From the NCBI GenBank assembly GCA_964016885.1, contig OZ024747.1:54622001-54686000 (forward strand): 64,000 nt of DNA, in the 5' to 3' direction. The notes beneath the pieces were generated by a model that was not told the origin of the DNA, made no database searches, and worked only from the letters and a program-made list of their open reading frames with translations. Every line of letters starts with the position of its first letter. Position 1 is the stretch's first letter. The DNA is from Eledone cirrhosa (lineage: Eukaryota). This document shows positions 51,960 through 64,000 of this stretch, piece after piece. Made by a program: the position numbers and the translations under genes.

Positions 51960-52146
51960 TAATTGTTTCTATTTTAGGCTCAAGGCCAGCAAATTACCCA
52001 GTACATTACTGGTACTTTATTTTATCCACCCTGTATGGATGAAAGGCAAAGTTAACCTCGGCGGGATTTGAACTCACATCGTAAAGGGACGTAACTCTAT
52101 TCTGGAAAGCATGTCCGACCCTCTACCGATACTGCCAATTCACCAC
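51960..52146 (-). mobile_element. SINE family 1 copy (older copy at ~51725-51880)
   Basis: Same consensus on the minus strand. Confidence 0.85.
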
Positions 52147-52297
52147 CAGTATAATAATGCAGATGATTACCACTACTACTTACCTTAGATTGAGCTCAGT
52201 TGTTTATATATTTTCTGTGTAATATAGCGTGAGGATCTCACGGATATCTTGGACCTCCGTCAGTTCCTAGGTGAGTGTACAAGTTGTTCGAACAACG

Positions 52298-52558
52298 GAA
52301 CAGGCTGCTCGTGAAATTGACTTGTAAGTGGCTGAGCTTTTCACATGCACGTACACTGCTAGTGTAATAGTCAGAAATATTCAGCGTGGCACAGTTCGTT
52401 AGGAGGATGTCCACTTAAATTACATGTACAATTCGTTCTTGCCAGCTGAGTGGATGCCACATAAAATACTGTATCGTGCTGAAGCACACTTCACTTCAGC
52501 GGGAATAAAACTCTGGACATGACGTTTGTAAGCGGAACAACCTAAACACTAGGTCACG
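52298..52558 (-). mobile_element. SINE family 2, decayed
   Basis: Shares blocks with 12125-12285 and 5165-5260; tRNA-like head near 52550 on minus. Confidence 0.55.
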
Positions 52559-53489
52559 TGTCCTTTACTCTTTGCTACTAAGGATCTAGCTGACATTAAT
52601 CTCTTATGTTCTTATGTGCTTCTGAGTTACACTACTCATGACAAAATGTAACATTTTCTGTGACACGTTGACTAATGATTGTATTTGTCCATTTAACAGT
52701 GTTAGGGATAGGATATTGGCGTCTTTCCTCAGCACCTACACAACGCTACAGCTATCACGATTTCTGACGAACATCTGCCAAGAGAAAAGTGCTTATAAAA
52801 GTCGATCAAATTTAGAGGATCTTCTTTTTGTTGTCGGTTAACAGCGCACCACCATCACCATTTCAATTACCCGGGTGGTGTGTTCGCAACTCTTCATTTG
52901 TGTATTCATTTGTTGCAGTAATCTTTCAACAAAGACAGCAAAGTCTAACATTCGTACTCCACCGCTTATCCTGACCAGTTGAGCAAATTACGGTTGGAAG
53001 ACCACACACATTCGACAGAATTCAAACATAGCAATCGGTCATCATGTTCCGTTAAACATCTAATTGTTATTTTATTATGATATCGTATCGCTTCTATTCA
53101 GGACCAAGGAATGGCTTTATGTTCTGATATGTGAGAATCCCCGCAACAGCTCTAACATTCGTTCATCGCTTCGAAGAAGTAGATCAAGCGGTATTTTCAC
53201 TATTTATATGTACGGCGTGATGGCCACATTTTCCAATAGCTTAACTCTCACTCCACATTGAATCAGACCTTCAATATTGCTACCCATAGTTAATTAAAAC
53301 AGAAATTCAAGCAGACACTTTGTATTACTCATCAGAATAAGGAGGTGACTCCAGAAACTTGCTACTTACACAATTAGCTTCAGAAACCTTCACTCGTTCT
53401 GAGAATGTGTTCAATGTCATTTACCTAGTATGCCACGCAGTGAGATCGAACGCGGAGCATTATGATTGTGCTCATATATTATATATAAC

Positions 53490-53701
53490 GATTTCTGACT
53501 TAGGCACAAAGCCAACCATTTGAGAAGGGTATGTCAATTAAATCGAACCCAATTTATTAGTGGTACTTTATTATATAGACCCAAAAAGGATGAAAGAAAA
53601 AAGCTAACCTCGAGGAATTTGAACACAGAATGTAGAGAATCGTAACCAAATGTCAGAGAGCATTTTGTTCGACGCTCTACCAATATTGCCATTCCATCGC
53701 C
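53490..53701 (-). mobile_element. SINE family 1, older diverged copy
   Basis: Recognisable head, B-box, body and tail. Confidence 0.75.
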
Positions 53702-54289
53702 CTTCTAAATTATATATAACAATCTAATGTGTCTAGCATCAAACCTTATGTCAACGACTACCATAACGTTTCTATTGCCGCTACTGAAAATAGCACCAGT
53801 CCCTGTCACACACACCTACCATTAACACAGCTTCATGGCTACCATCCACTCTAACATTATCACTAGAACAACAAAAGCAGCAACAACAACTAAATATATT
53901 ATGTCTCCTATCAACAGAACCGATAGTAGATATTAGCACCAACACCACTACCGCAACTAGCACAACTAGCACCCCCACAACAACAACCAATAACAAAAAC
54001 AGCAACAATTTGTGAATTACAAAAGCAGTTAAACTATCTATTTTAGCCATTGCTGTTTTGAATTACTTTCAAAAGTTCAGTATGATAAGCTCCCTGGCTG
54101 CTCAGCAATATAAGTATATATACACTATGCTACATACATGCATACTTATATATATATATATATATATATATATTTTTTTTATATATACACACAAAAACAC
54201 ATATATATATGTCATGTAACTTTTGATAAATAATAAAACATGCAGAATTTTACCCGAAAAACGTTGGTATACACACGCACATGAAAATG

Positions 54290-54338
<49 letters not shown>

Positions 54339-54799
54339 GTATATACGTACGTACATATGTATATACATATGTACATTCATATTCACATACAACTGTACAT
54401 ATCTAATACTAGCTTACATACGTATTTCCGTGGATATATATATATACACACATACATACCTACATGCTACATACATGCCTACATACATTACATACGTACA
54501 TACAAACATACATACACATATACATATATACATACACACATACATGTTCCAATTTTGAAGAGATCCAGCTGGCTGCGAAGAACAACAAAGAATTCTTAGC
54601 CATATAAAATGATGAACGAGCAGCTGCAGAAAGGAAAATATAAATAAATTCACAAGAAATAATCAACTTAGAACATGAAACAGCAGGTTTGTTCAGCCTC
54701 TCTGTATCATGTGGAACATTTCCGGCAGAAAATCGGCCACCATCGACGCCTTTATCAAATGGAGCGTGACGTCATATATTGTGTCTAAGGGAGATAATT

Positions 54800-55620
54800 C
54801 ACTTCTGCTATGTTCAGAATGCTGTGGGGTTGGCGAAATCGTTGAAATGTCTCACAAAAAAGGTAGTGCATTTTCTTCCGGCTCTTCACATTCTGAAATC
54901 AAGATCCGTCTGTCATCCGGAAGGGATCGATAAGAAAATGTATCAGCACCGCTCGGACACTGGGCGACTGCGTGTAGCACAGTTACGAAGTCTGTGGGCC
55001 ATTCGGTCTGATCCGTCTGACAGCATTTCCGTGATTGTAGAATTTATGAATAAGAATCAGTGCTCCCTGGTAAGCACTACCAGTGCAGAAATTTCTTGAA
55101 ATTATTCATAGACTCCGAACGAAAGTCCCCCGATATAGACTCAGTAGTTCTCTCTCTGTCCAAAAATAGTCGGATTGTGGTTTTGTTGCCAGGCTCTGAT
55201 TCAGCCACTCGGATCCATGGAACAGCTTTACTTCTTTCATGGCTTAAAGCACACTCTTTAGCTTTGAAAATGCAACCTTCATATTTCGAAATAAAGAATT
55301 GATCCAGTGTGGCTTTGTTTGGGCTAAACGTGTTCTGATGTTTGTTGTGTTGTCAGTTAGTGGTTGCAGATGTGGCGTTGTTTCAAATGCGTTTGCGTTT
55401 CGTGTGGGTATGTGTTTTGTGTTTTCTGGAGTGGGTGTTTGTGTCTGGAAAACGTGACCCCTGTCGTATTTGCATTCCGGACGTAAAGAACAAGAACGAA
55501 TAACACATGGCATTTTGTCCGATGTTCTATTGATACTGCCATTTTCATGCCCATTTTGGAAGAAAAATAGACAAGTGTTTTACCAACATATGTAAAATCT
55601 CCCCCAGATTCCATCAAATA
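54800..55620 (-). pseudogene. Decayed, internally deleted Tx1 ORF2 relic
   Basis: Minus from 55307: LDQFFISKYEGCIFKAKECALSHERSKAVPWIRVAESEPGNKTTIR vs ORF2 LDQFFNAKHEVCVVRARVRALRHEGTKAVQWARVAEARRGNKATIR; near 54980 TVLHAVAQCPSGAD vs TVLHALVQCPSIAD. Outer limits uncertain. Confidence 0.75.
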
Positions 55621-56348
55621 GATTCCCTTACTTTAATGACAGTGACGATTAACGCAAACGAGAGAATCTAGCCATATACATAATATTTTTATTGCATTTT
55701 TATTCGTTTATATTCTAATCTGAGATCCAGCTCCAGTCACATTCAAGTAAATTCCTTCGGGGCTCGATGAATGAAGTTCTACTAAATTATTGGGTGCTGC
55801 TTTAATATTCTTCTAAGCATTCCATGTTATGTATAGAAATATAATAAGGGGCATACTGGCACATATTTTAAGTAAAACTGTCAGAAATTCGACCCTCTAA
55901 CAAATCAGAACATCTTACTGAATAGGTAGACATTCGTGTAATATCTTAACCTCAAAGTCATTACAATCTCCATCATCATATAGCACAGATAGTACAGAGT
56001 AATATAACATGCAATGATGTTCAGACAAGACATTATGATAACCGCACGAGAAAATACGATAAAATACGATAAAATATAAAATTACGTTACGTAATAAAGA
56101 AAGTGGATGTGGAATACGACACAAAACATATGTTAGTTTCTATTTTATTTATTTAGGTTTCTTTATTTCTGTATTTTGTCTGTCTTCAAATTTCGTTTTG
56201 ACTTTCTTTACACTCCATTTTCTTTGAAACTAAGTTTCTTTATACATGAAGATGTATGTATGTATGTATGTATGTATGTATGTATGTATGTATGTATGTA
56301 TGTATGTATGTATGTATGTATGTATGTATGTATGTATTTAAGTATGTA

Positions 56349-56411
<63 letters not shown>

Positions 56412-56475
56412 GTATGCATATATATATATACATGTATATATATATATACATATATGTACACACACACATAAAAAC

Positions 56476-56554
<79 letters not shown>

Positions 56555-56577
56555 TACATATGTATATATATATATAT

Positions 56578-56620
<43 letters not shown>

Positions 56621-56621
56621 C

Positions 56622-56652
<31 letters not shown>

Positions 56653-56669
56653 CATATATACATACATAT

Positions 56670-56745
<76 letters not shown>

Positions 56746-56815
56746 ATATGTATATATGTATGTATAATGTATATATGTATATATAAATATATATATGTAT
56801 GTATATGTATGTATG

Positions 56816-56884
<69 letters not shown>

Positions 56885-56957
56885 ATATATATATATGTTT
56901 TTATGTGTGTGTGTACATATATGTATATATATATATATACATGTATATATATATATG

Positions 56958-56999
<42 letters not shown>

Positions 57000-57168
57000 G
57001 TAGTAGTTTAAAGGACTTGACATGTTTACTTAAGTTCTAATGTTGTTTTCTTTTAGCTATATATTTATTTGTGTTGGTTTATGTTGTTATATTTCTCTAC
57101 ATCTGCTGAGATATAGTTTCTAAGAGAAAAATATAAATGAAAGAATACACATATCCAACCGTAATCTA

Positions 57169-57203
<35 letters not shown>

Positions 57204-57693
57204 AAAAGGGAGTAAGATTCTATACAAAACAGGGGTTATAGAGAAAAGTTGAAATTGGAAATAGCACGGAAAATAAATTTGAGGAACTGTTTTTCATTTT
57301 TACTTCTCTGATTCGTCAAAGTGACATTATTGAAAAAAAGAGATGAACAGTTCTTTCGTAATGTATATAAAATCTATAAAATCTAACGGGTTTCGATGTA
57401 TCAGTGTGAACCATGTTATTAAATGTGAAACCATGTTATTAAATGTGGAATATTACAATTAAAAAGAATTAAACACAATCAAAAATCTTTAATTTAAAAT
57501 TAAGTGTTGAGAAGGACTGTTGTTTGTTATGTGTTGTCTGCATAGTTTTGCCTGCGTTACATCCGGTTGTGTGCGTGTTTATTCATCTATTTACGTGTTC
57601 ATTTAATTTTCACTAGTTGAGTGTTCTATCTGTGTGTCTGATCTCTTTTGTTAGTTTGGTTTTTGTGCGTGTCTGTATGTCTTCATTTTGTCC

Positions 57694-58027
57694 TTAATTA
57701 CTAGTTGTGATGTTGCTATTCCACTCATTTTTTCTATTTAATTTTGTTTGCAATTCGTTTATGTTTGTTGCCTCCATGATTTGTCTGAGCATTGCATCTA
57801 TTCTGTGTTGATATAATGTTTATCACTATGTTATCTAATGTGCCCCTATCATCTATTTTCGGATGTTGATGGAGTATTGATAAGTTTTTCCCATCGTGGA
57901 GGTCTCGCCAGTGTTCACTTATCCCTTCTACTGTGCTACGGACTGTTTCACTATGTATGTTATATTCTTATTCCTACACTTTCACTCAGTACATTTTATG
58001 CTATATACTACGTTCCTAGGTTTTGCA
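57694..58027 (-). pseudogene. Penelope-like GIY-YIG endonuclease remnant
   Basis: With one stop and two frameshifts: NVVYSIKCTE*KCRNKNITYI(G)ETVRSTVEGISEHWRD...SILHQH...DAMLRQIMEATNINELQTKLNRKNEW; same family as 8084-8898. Confidence 0.85.
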
Positions 58028-58029
58028 AT

Positions 58030-58428
58030 TAGTTTTGGGGCTTATCTTGAATATTATGAATTTCCTACCAACACAGGGGAACTTTTAAATGCGTATGACT
58101 TACCCCTGAGCAATCTAAGCACACAGCACACAAAAACAAGATGGTGTAGAACAGAACAAAGGAGGGACAAAAAATAAAGACCTACTCATTGAGGAGGTCA
58201 CATAATGTGTGACGAAAGATCTTTGACAATATATAAACAACATTACGGTTATAGAAACAACCAACAAAACGAAAATGTATAATAAACTGAAGTGAAATCA
58301 ACAGGTGTGTCTGTTTTTTATTGAACGCATGACACCGACCCTCCCCCCTCTCAAATGTATAGCAATATCTGTTTCAACACACGTTTTCAGATCAGAAATC
58401 TTGCAAAAAAATGCAAAAACGAAGTTCA
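58030..58428 (+). mobile_element. Inverted Penelope pLTR with a degenerate hammerhead (58186-58226)
   Basis: TCA-TTGAGGA-G-GTCACAtaatgTGTGAC-GAAA-GATCT-T-TGA; 58280-58425 is homologous to 8790-8898. Confidence 0.75.
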
Positions 58429-58429
58429 T

Positions 58430-58542
<113 letters not shown>

Positions 58543-58656
58543 CATATATATATATATTTCGTATCTCCAAAGAAATACGGTTTTAGGAAGCTGTGGCTAT
58601 GCAAACACCGGGGAGCTAACGCCCTCTTGTGATGTCCAGCAGAAGCAAGGGGGACA

Positions 58657-58700
58657 ACCGTCTATGCATTTCAGGCTTAACTGGCCTTCGTCAGAACGGT
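58657..58700 (-). ncRNA. Canonical minimal type I hammerhead ribozyme
   Basis: Minus: ACCGTT-CTGACGA-AGGCcagttaaGCCT-GAAA-TGCAT-A-GACGGT; palindromic stem III ATGCAT, AUA triplet; distal pairing TGTCCAGCAG/CTGCTGGACA extends stem I. Confidence 0.88.
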
Positions 58701-58744
58701 CCCTCCCACCGCTTGCGACTGCTGGACAAGAAGACAGGCGAGAA

Positions 58745-58793
58745 TATATAGTTTTCTCGTCTGTGTAAATGAGGTGATTAATCTCATTTGCAT
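58745..58793 (-). promoter_or_regulatory. Putative snRNA-type promoter (octamer, PSE-like, TATA)
   Basis: Minus: ATGCAAAT-8 nt-TCACCTCATTTACACAG...(27 nt)-TATATA, 44 nt upstream of the hammerhead; repeated on + at 58973-59021. Confidence 0.5.
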
Positions 58794-59089
58794 ATGAAGC
58801 TGCATAAGTTGGCTCAACTTATAATAAAAAAGAAATAGGATTTCGCTTCAAGCATAGCTTTATACAATATGTATAAATATTTCGTATCTCCAAAGGAATA
58901 CGGTTTTAGGAAGCCGTAGCTATGCAAGCGTCTCTTTTTTATTATAAGTTGAGCCAGCTTATGCAGCTTCATATGCAAATGAGATGAATCACCTCATTTA
59001 CACAGGCCAGAAAAGTATATATTCTGTTGAAGCTATGCTTGAAGCGAAATCCTATTTCTTCATATATATACATATATAAATATTTATAA

Positions 59090-59239
59090 CAATGAGGGTG
59101 TGGTAAGATACCAGATGGACCATAACGCACCAGAGTACTCAAAACTAAGAGTCAGGGCCCGACGGATGAGATCCGGCCGTTTCGGCAGCTAGATTCCGAA
59201 CTACCTGTCGGAGCGCAGCTGTCGAGATCCTGCTTCTTT

Positions 59240-59243
<4 letters not shown>
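59090..59243 (-). mobile_element. Divergent relative of fold-back family A
   Basis: Tail TTGAGTACTCTGGTGCGTTATGGTCCATCTGG..TCTTACCACACC shared with family A; GCCGAAACGGCC core; only a short fold-back. Confidence 0.7.
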
Positions 59244-59296
<53 letters not shown>

Positions 59297-59372
59297 GAAA
59301 AATGAAATGAAATTTCGTTTCATTTTTTCCGTTTATCGTTTTCGGTGCACCCGGCCGATTAACCCACTCGAT

Positions 59373-59420
59373 ATGCAAATTGGGCTACTCAGCCGTTAAT
59401 ATGCATAAGGTAAGTATATA
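59373..59420 (+). promoter_or_regulatory. Putative snRNA-type promoter (octamer, PSE-like, TATA)
   Basis: ATGCAAAT-8 nt-TCAGCCGTTAAT...(26 nt)-TATATA, 26 nt upstream of hammerhead stem I. Confidence 0.5.
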
Positions 59421-59446
59421 CGTTCAACAATCTGGCAGGAAGGTAT

Positions 59447-59489
59447 ACGTTGCTGACGATAGCTAATAAGCTTGAAACTACTACAGCGT
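59447..59489 (+). ncRNA. Minimal type I hammerhead ribozyme
   Basis: ACGTTG-CTGACGA-tAGCTaataAGCTt-GAAA-CTACT-A-CAGCGT; stem I extended by AAGG/CCTT, CTGGCA/TGTCAG and GTTCAACA/TGTTGAAC. Confidence 0.8.
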
Positions 59490-59759
59490 TCCTTTGTCAG
59501 TGTTGAACAAACGAGCAACGATGGTTGCTCGACACTACGGCTTAATACGGGATGTTTGTTTTTTTACAAACACACCGAGCATTATAATAAATGTTCGGTG
59601 AATCCATACGTGCATATATATATGTGTGTATGTATGTATATATATATATACATACTACTGTACGTCTGTATACATATATGTATGTACGTGTACATACTTA
59701 TATTTAAGTAACAGCCGTACTAAGAGTGGGAAATGAAATTTCGTTTCATTTTTTCCGTT

Positions 59760-59859
<100 letters not shown>

Positions 59860-60085
59860 GAGGTGTGACACATGAGTTGTGATATATCAGTAAAAAAAGA
59901 AAAGAATATGCTGACAAATTTTTTCCAGTGAAAAGTAGTTTAATTAGTAATAAAAAAGTAGTATAAATTAGTAATAAGTATTGGTTAGTATTCAGTTTTA
60001 GTTTTAAGTGTTTACCGGTTGCGCATTTCTAATGCTTTTCAAAAATAATTTTGAGATAGAGCGCTCGTGATGTTTGCTCTAATCA
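59860..60085 (-). mobile_element. Decayed relative of the 9967-10340 element with a broken U3-A8 hammerhead (~60011-60045)
   Basis: Minus: TT-TTGAAAA-GCATtagaaATGC-GCAA-CCGGT-A-AA (GAAA mutated to GCAA); shares GAGGTGT..CA..GAGT block with ~10005. Confidence 0.6.
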
Positions 60086-60247
60086 TGGCAAATACCCAGA
60101 GCATTACTGGTACTTTATTTTATCGACCCCATAAGGATGAAAGCCAAAGTTAACCTCGGCGGGATTTGAACTCAGAATGGCAAGGGCCGTAACTCTGTAC
60201 GTCAAAGCATGGCGACCGACCCTCTACCGATACTGCCAAGCCACCGC
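60086..60247 (-). mobile_element. SINE family 1 copy
   Basis: Same consensus on minus, tail truncated. Confidence 0.85.
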
Positions 60248-60409
60248 CCTCACGAAGAGTCTCAATTAATGCTAGCCAGATTTAACAGTCCTAGCATTGG
60301 TCGTTTATTGTTACCGCATGAAATGTTTTGCATACACATGTATATATATTTATATACATACATAACTACACACACGTACACAAAGACACCCACACACATA
60401 TGTATATAC

Positions 60410-60451
<42 letters not shown>

Positions 60452-60454
60452 CTA

Positions 60455-60825
<371 letters not shown>

Positions 60826-60989
60826 ATATTTATTTATGGACGTATATAAATTACCATCATATATTAATAGATGATAATTTACAGCCTGTATCTTCCACCC
60901 GGGTCCAACCATAAGTCTTTACTGCAGATAGGATGTCTGCCTATTGACAGCTGTTATCTGATAAAATACAGATATGAATAAATAAACTC

Positions 60990-61126
<137 letters not shown>

Positions 61127-61661
61127 GTATATATATGTATATATATATGTATATAAATATATATATATATATGTGTGTCTGTGTATGTGTATGTGTAATG
61201 TGAGTTTATTTGTCTTTTTATGTGCGCTCCTGTGTGTGTTTGTGTACATTTAACTGTATGTCTCTCTATATGTGAGTTTTTGTGTATGTTTATTTTTATT
61301 TACTCTCATCATACTTCAGGTTTTTTTTTTTATTTAAGTCCAGTATCATCAAAGTCACCTTGGAAAAACAAAACTAAAACACAGAAAAATGTATTAAAAA
61401 AATCTTGAGATAACTATAAAAATAAATAAAGGAAGGGTAGTAAATGGAGGAAGGAAGTAAGGAAGGCGAGAAGAAAGAACAGATGTAATGAATTGTTTGA
61501 AATATTTGTACTGTTAAATCTTACTTCTCACTTTTGTTCAGAGATACACGTGTATACAACTGATACATACAAATATACATACACATATACGTATATTTAT
61601 ATAAGTATGTATGTATATATATATGTATATTTACATGCACATGCGTGTATATATATTTATA

Positions 61662-61764
<103 letters not shown>

Positions 61765-61769
61765 GTATA

Positions 61770-61860
<91 letters not shown>

Positions 61861-61991
61861 GAGTTAAACAACATCTCAGGGTATGTTATGTATCATTAAC
61901 TTTGCCTTTCATCCTTACGGGGTCGATAAAATAAAGTACCAGTAATACACTGGGTAATTGCTGGCCTTGTGACTAACGTAGAAACAATTAT

Positions 61992-62044
61992 ATTTTGTCT
62001 GATGAGGACGTACTGTTGTACCTCTGAAATATGTATAATAAAAT
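61992..62044 (+). ncRNA. Minimal type I hammerhead ribozyme
   Basis: ATTTTGT-CTGATGA-GGACGTACtgttGTACCTCT-GAAA-TATGTAT-A-ATAAAAT; 7-bp stem I; short tail then (TA)n. Confidence 0.78.
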
Positions 62045-62083
62045 TTAATTGATCAAAAGAACATCTATCTTATTAATATTTGT

Positions 62084-62145
<62 letters not shown>

Positions 62146-62186
62146 GTATACATATATTTGTGCCTGTGTGTATATCAGAATTCTAA

Positions 62187-62366
62187 ATAATTGTTTCTAC
62201 TTTTGACACAACGCCAGCAATTATCCCAGTGTATTACTGGTACTTTATTTTATCGACCCCGCAAGGATGAAAGGCAAAGTTAACCTCGGCAGGATTTGAA
62301 CTCAGACAATACAGGACCGTAGCTCTATGCTGCAAAGCATGGCGTCCCTCCCTCTACCAATACTGC
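62187..62366 (-). mobile_element. SINE family 1 copy
   Basis: Same consensus on minus. Confidence 0.85.
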
Positions 62367-63258
62367 ATTTATGCTTACAATTCTATCAGTCTCAGTGTTT
62401 AAGCCACAACGCTACTAACATTTTCCTACATGTCTATCTGTTATTTCTTAATCCACTACAGTGATAGGAATTGGATATTCCTGATGAACTGGCAATAACA
62501 GGGTTGCTATCTTCTTCGATTCGTTCTGCTGAGAGTGGCCCATGATTTCATTACTGTTCTGATCGGGCAGAATGAAAATAACATGTAATCTAATTGCTTT
62601 ATTCATCTCGCCCTTTTATAGAATCAGGGTGTCTCACTCTCTAATATATCTTTTGTATCTTCTTTGAGATTGCATGTTTTACTTTGAAAAACGTAGCTGC
62701 TATTTCTAGCAGAAAGTTCTGCTATATAGATACCGCTTTTCCACTCCCACAAAAATAAGATTCATTTAATCGTCTTTTTTAAATATATAAATTGAATGCT
62801 GTTCTTCTTTGAAACAACGGGAAAGAAGTGTAGCAATGGTGAATATAACAAAGACATTTTGATTAAGGTGTCAAGTTAGATATATGTGAATGTCTTATCA
62901 AAATTGATTCTTATATATCTCTCTTTATGTATGTGCGTTGGTGGAGGTGGGAGTGGTATTCATTTAACCATTGCTTTCTGCCCTTTACAGATCACTCAAA
63001 AGGAACTATTTTTAATCCAAGTGATTATTGAGGATGTCTGTATTGCGATGTGTTAAATAAATATACACCAGAGTCCGAACACAATGGAACCAAACTCCGA
63101 CTGTTACTGCCTCCGTCTCTCCCGCTCAGATGTTTGTTACGTCCAATTTTACCGACAATAAAAATAGAATTTATACCTGCATTATTAATAACTAAGAATT
63201 CAACTTCGTATTTCAGAAGTTGATATTTCTTTCAAATCCTACTGAAATATGATTCATT

Positions 63259-63446
63259 GTGGATTGGCAGTATCGGTAGAGTGTCGGAAACCATGCTTTT
63301 GCGCATAGAGTTACGGCCCTTGCCATTATGTGTTCAAATCTCGCCGAGGTTAACTTTGCATTTCATCCTTACGGGGTCGATAAAATAAAGTACCAGTAAT
63401 GTACTGGTTAATTTGCTGGCCTTTTGCCAATAGTAGAAACAATTAT
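63259..63446 (+). mobile_element. SINE family 1 copy
   Basis: GTGGATTGGCAGTATCGGTAGAG...GTTCAAATCTCGCCGAGG...AGAAACAATTATT. Confidence 0.88.
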
Positions 63447-63774
63447 TTTACTAACGTTTGATTAAAAATAACTCAAAGAAATATACTGAGAAATCTGAAA
63501 CAAACACAACGCCAGGTCCAAATTTTTTACCTACAGACCAACTGATAAAAATCATATTATTATGTGATAAAGGAATCAATGGACCCATTTTTCAACGCAA
63601 ACATTTCTAAGAGGAATATGAGTAGAGATATGAAGGAAATGTGGTTATTTCTTGCAGTTCAAGTAAATAACAACGTAGGATGCAGATTTTCATGGAGCCT
63701 GGTGTTGTATTAAAACTGCGTTTCAAACTCTTCTGGAAAAAAGACGACAAAGTTGTTTTATTATTGGACGTGTA

Positions 63775-63973
63775 ATAGCTGTATCTGTGGAGTATTGACC
63801 AATATGTTTTGTGCCATGTAGTTATGGGCTTTTACGCACAGAGTTTAAATCCGCCGAGGTTAACATTGTCTTTCCTCCTTACGGTATCGTTAAAATAAAG
63901 TACTAGACACGCAGTGGACTCGATTTTCCTCTTCTCAAGCTTTGGCCTTGCGCCTCAATCAGAAATAATTATT
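63775..63973 (+). mobile_element. SINE family 1, older copy
   Basis: GAGTTTAAATCCGCCGAGGTTAAC...GGCCTTGCGCC...AGAAATAATTATT. Confidence 0.75.
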
Positions 63974-64000
63974 ATACCTATATCAAATGATCTGTCACAT

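Larger units (their letters stand above)
58554..59061 (-). mobile_element. Hammerhead-bearing ~323-nt monomer with terminal redundancy and inverted partial copy (retrozyme-like)
   Basis: Direct repeat 58554-58604/58877-58927; inverted copies 58742-58832/58934-59025 and 58830-58860/59030-59060; TA flanks; no meaningful ORF. Confidence 0.8.

Noticed and set aside
62478-62510. CTGATGA followed by a weak hairpin
   Set aside because: No GAAA or closing stems.

Overview
Repeat-saturated animal DNA with no convincing host gene. The SINE families and microsatellite load look cephalopod/Octopus-like, which is recalled rather than verified. Almost all listed ORFs are microsatellite translations. Real coding content is retroelement only: a full-length Dong/R4-clade element (RT plus restriction-like endonuclease, 40148-43540, -), a second 5'-truncated Dong (38200-40012, -), a full-length two-ORF Tx1/L1-clade element (44972-50873, +) with one frameshift, several truncated or decayed Tx1 copies, and Penelope-like (GIY-YIG) remnants. 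Four LINEs are stacked in one (TAA)n tract at 37.4-50.9 kb, and a sister Tx1 lineage sits in (TATC)n. About a dozen minimal type I hammerhead ribozyme motifs, read by eye, lie in short elements embedded in (TA)n tracts, many as fold-back palindromes. Two unrelated ribozyme monomers (about 323 and 426 nt, terminally redundant, 58.5-59.8 kb) share an identically spaced octamer / PSE-like / TATATA cassette just upstream of the ribozyme. This suggests snRNA-promoter-driven, retrozyme-like non-autonomous elements. Boundaries of decayed repeats are approximate.
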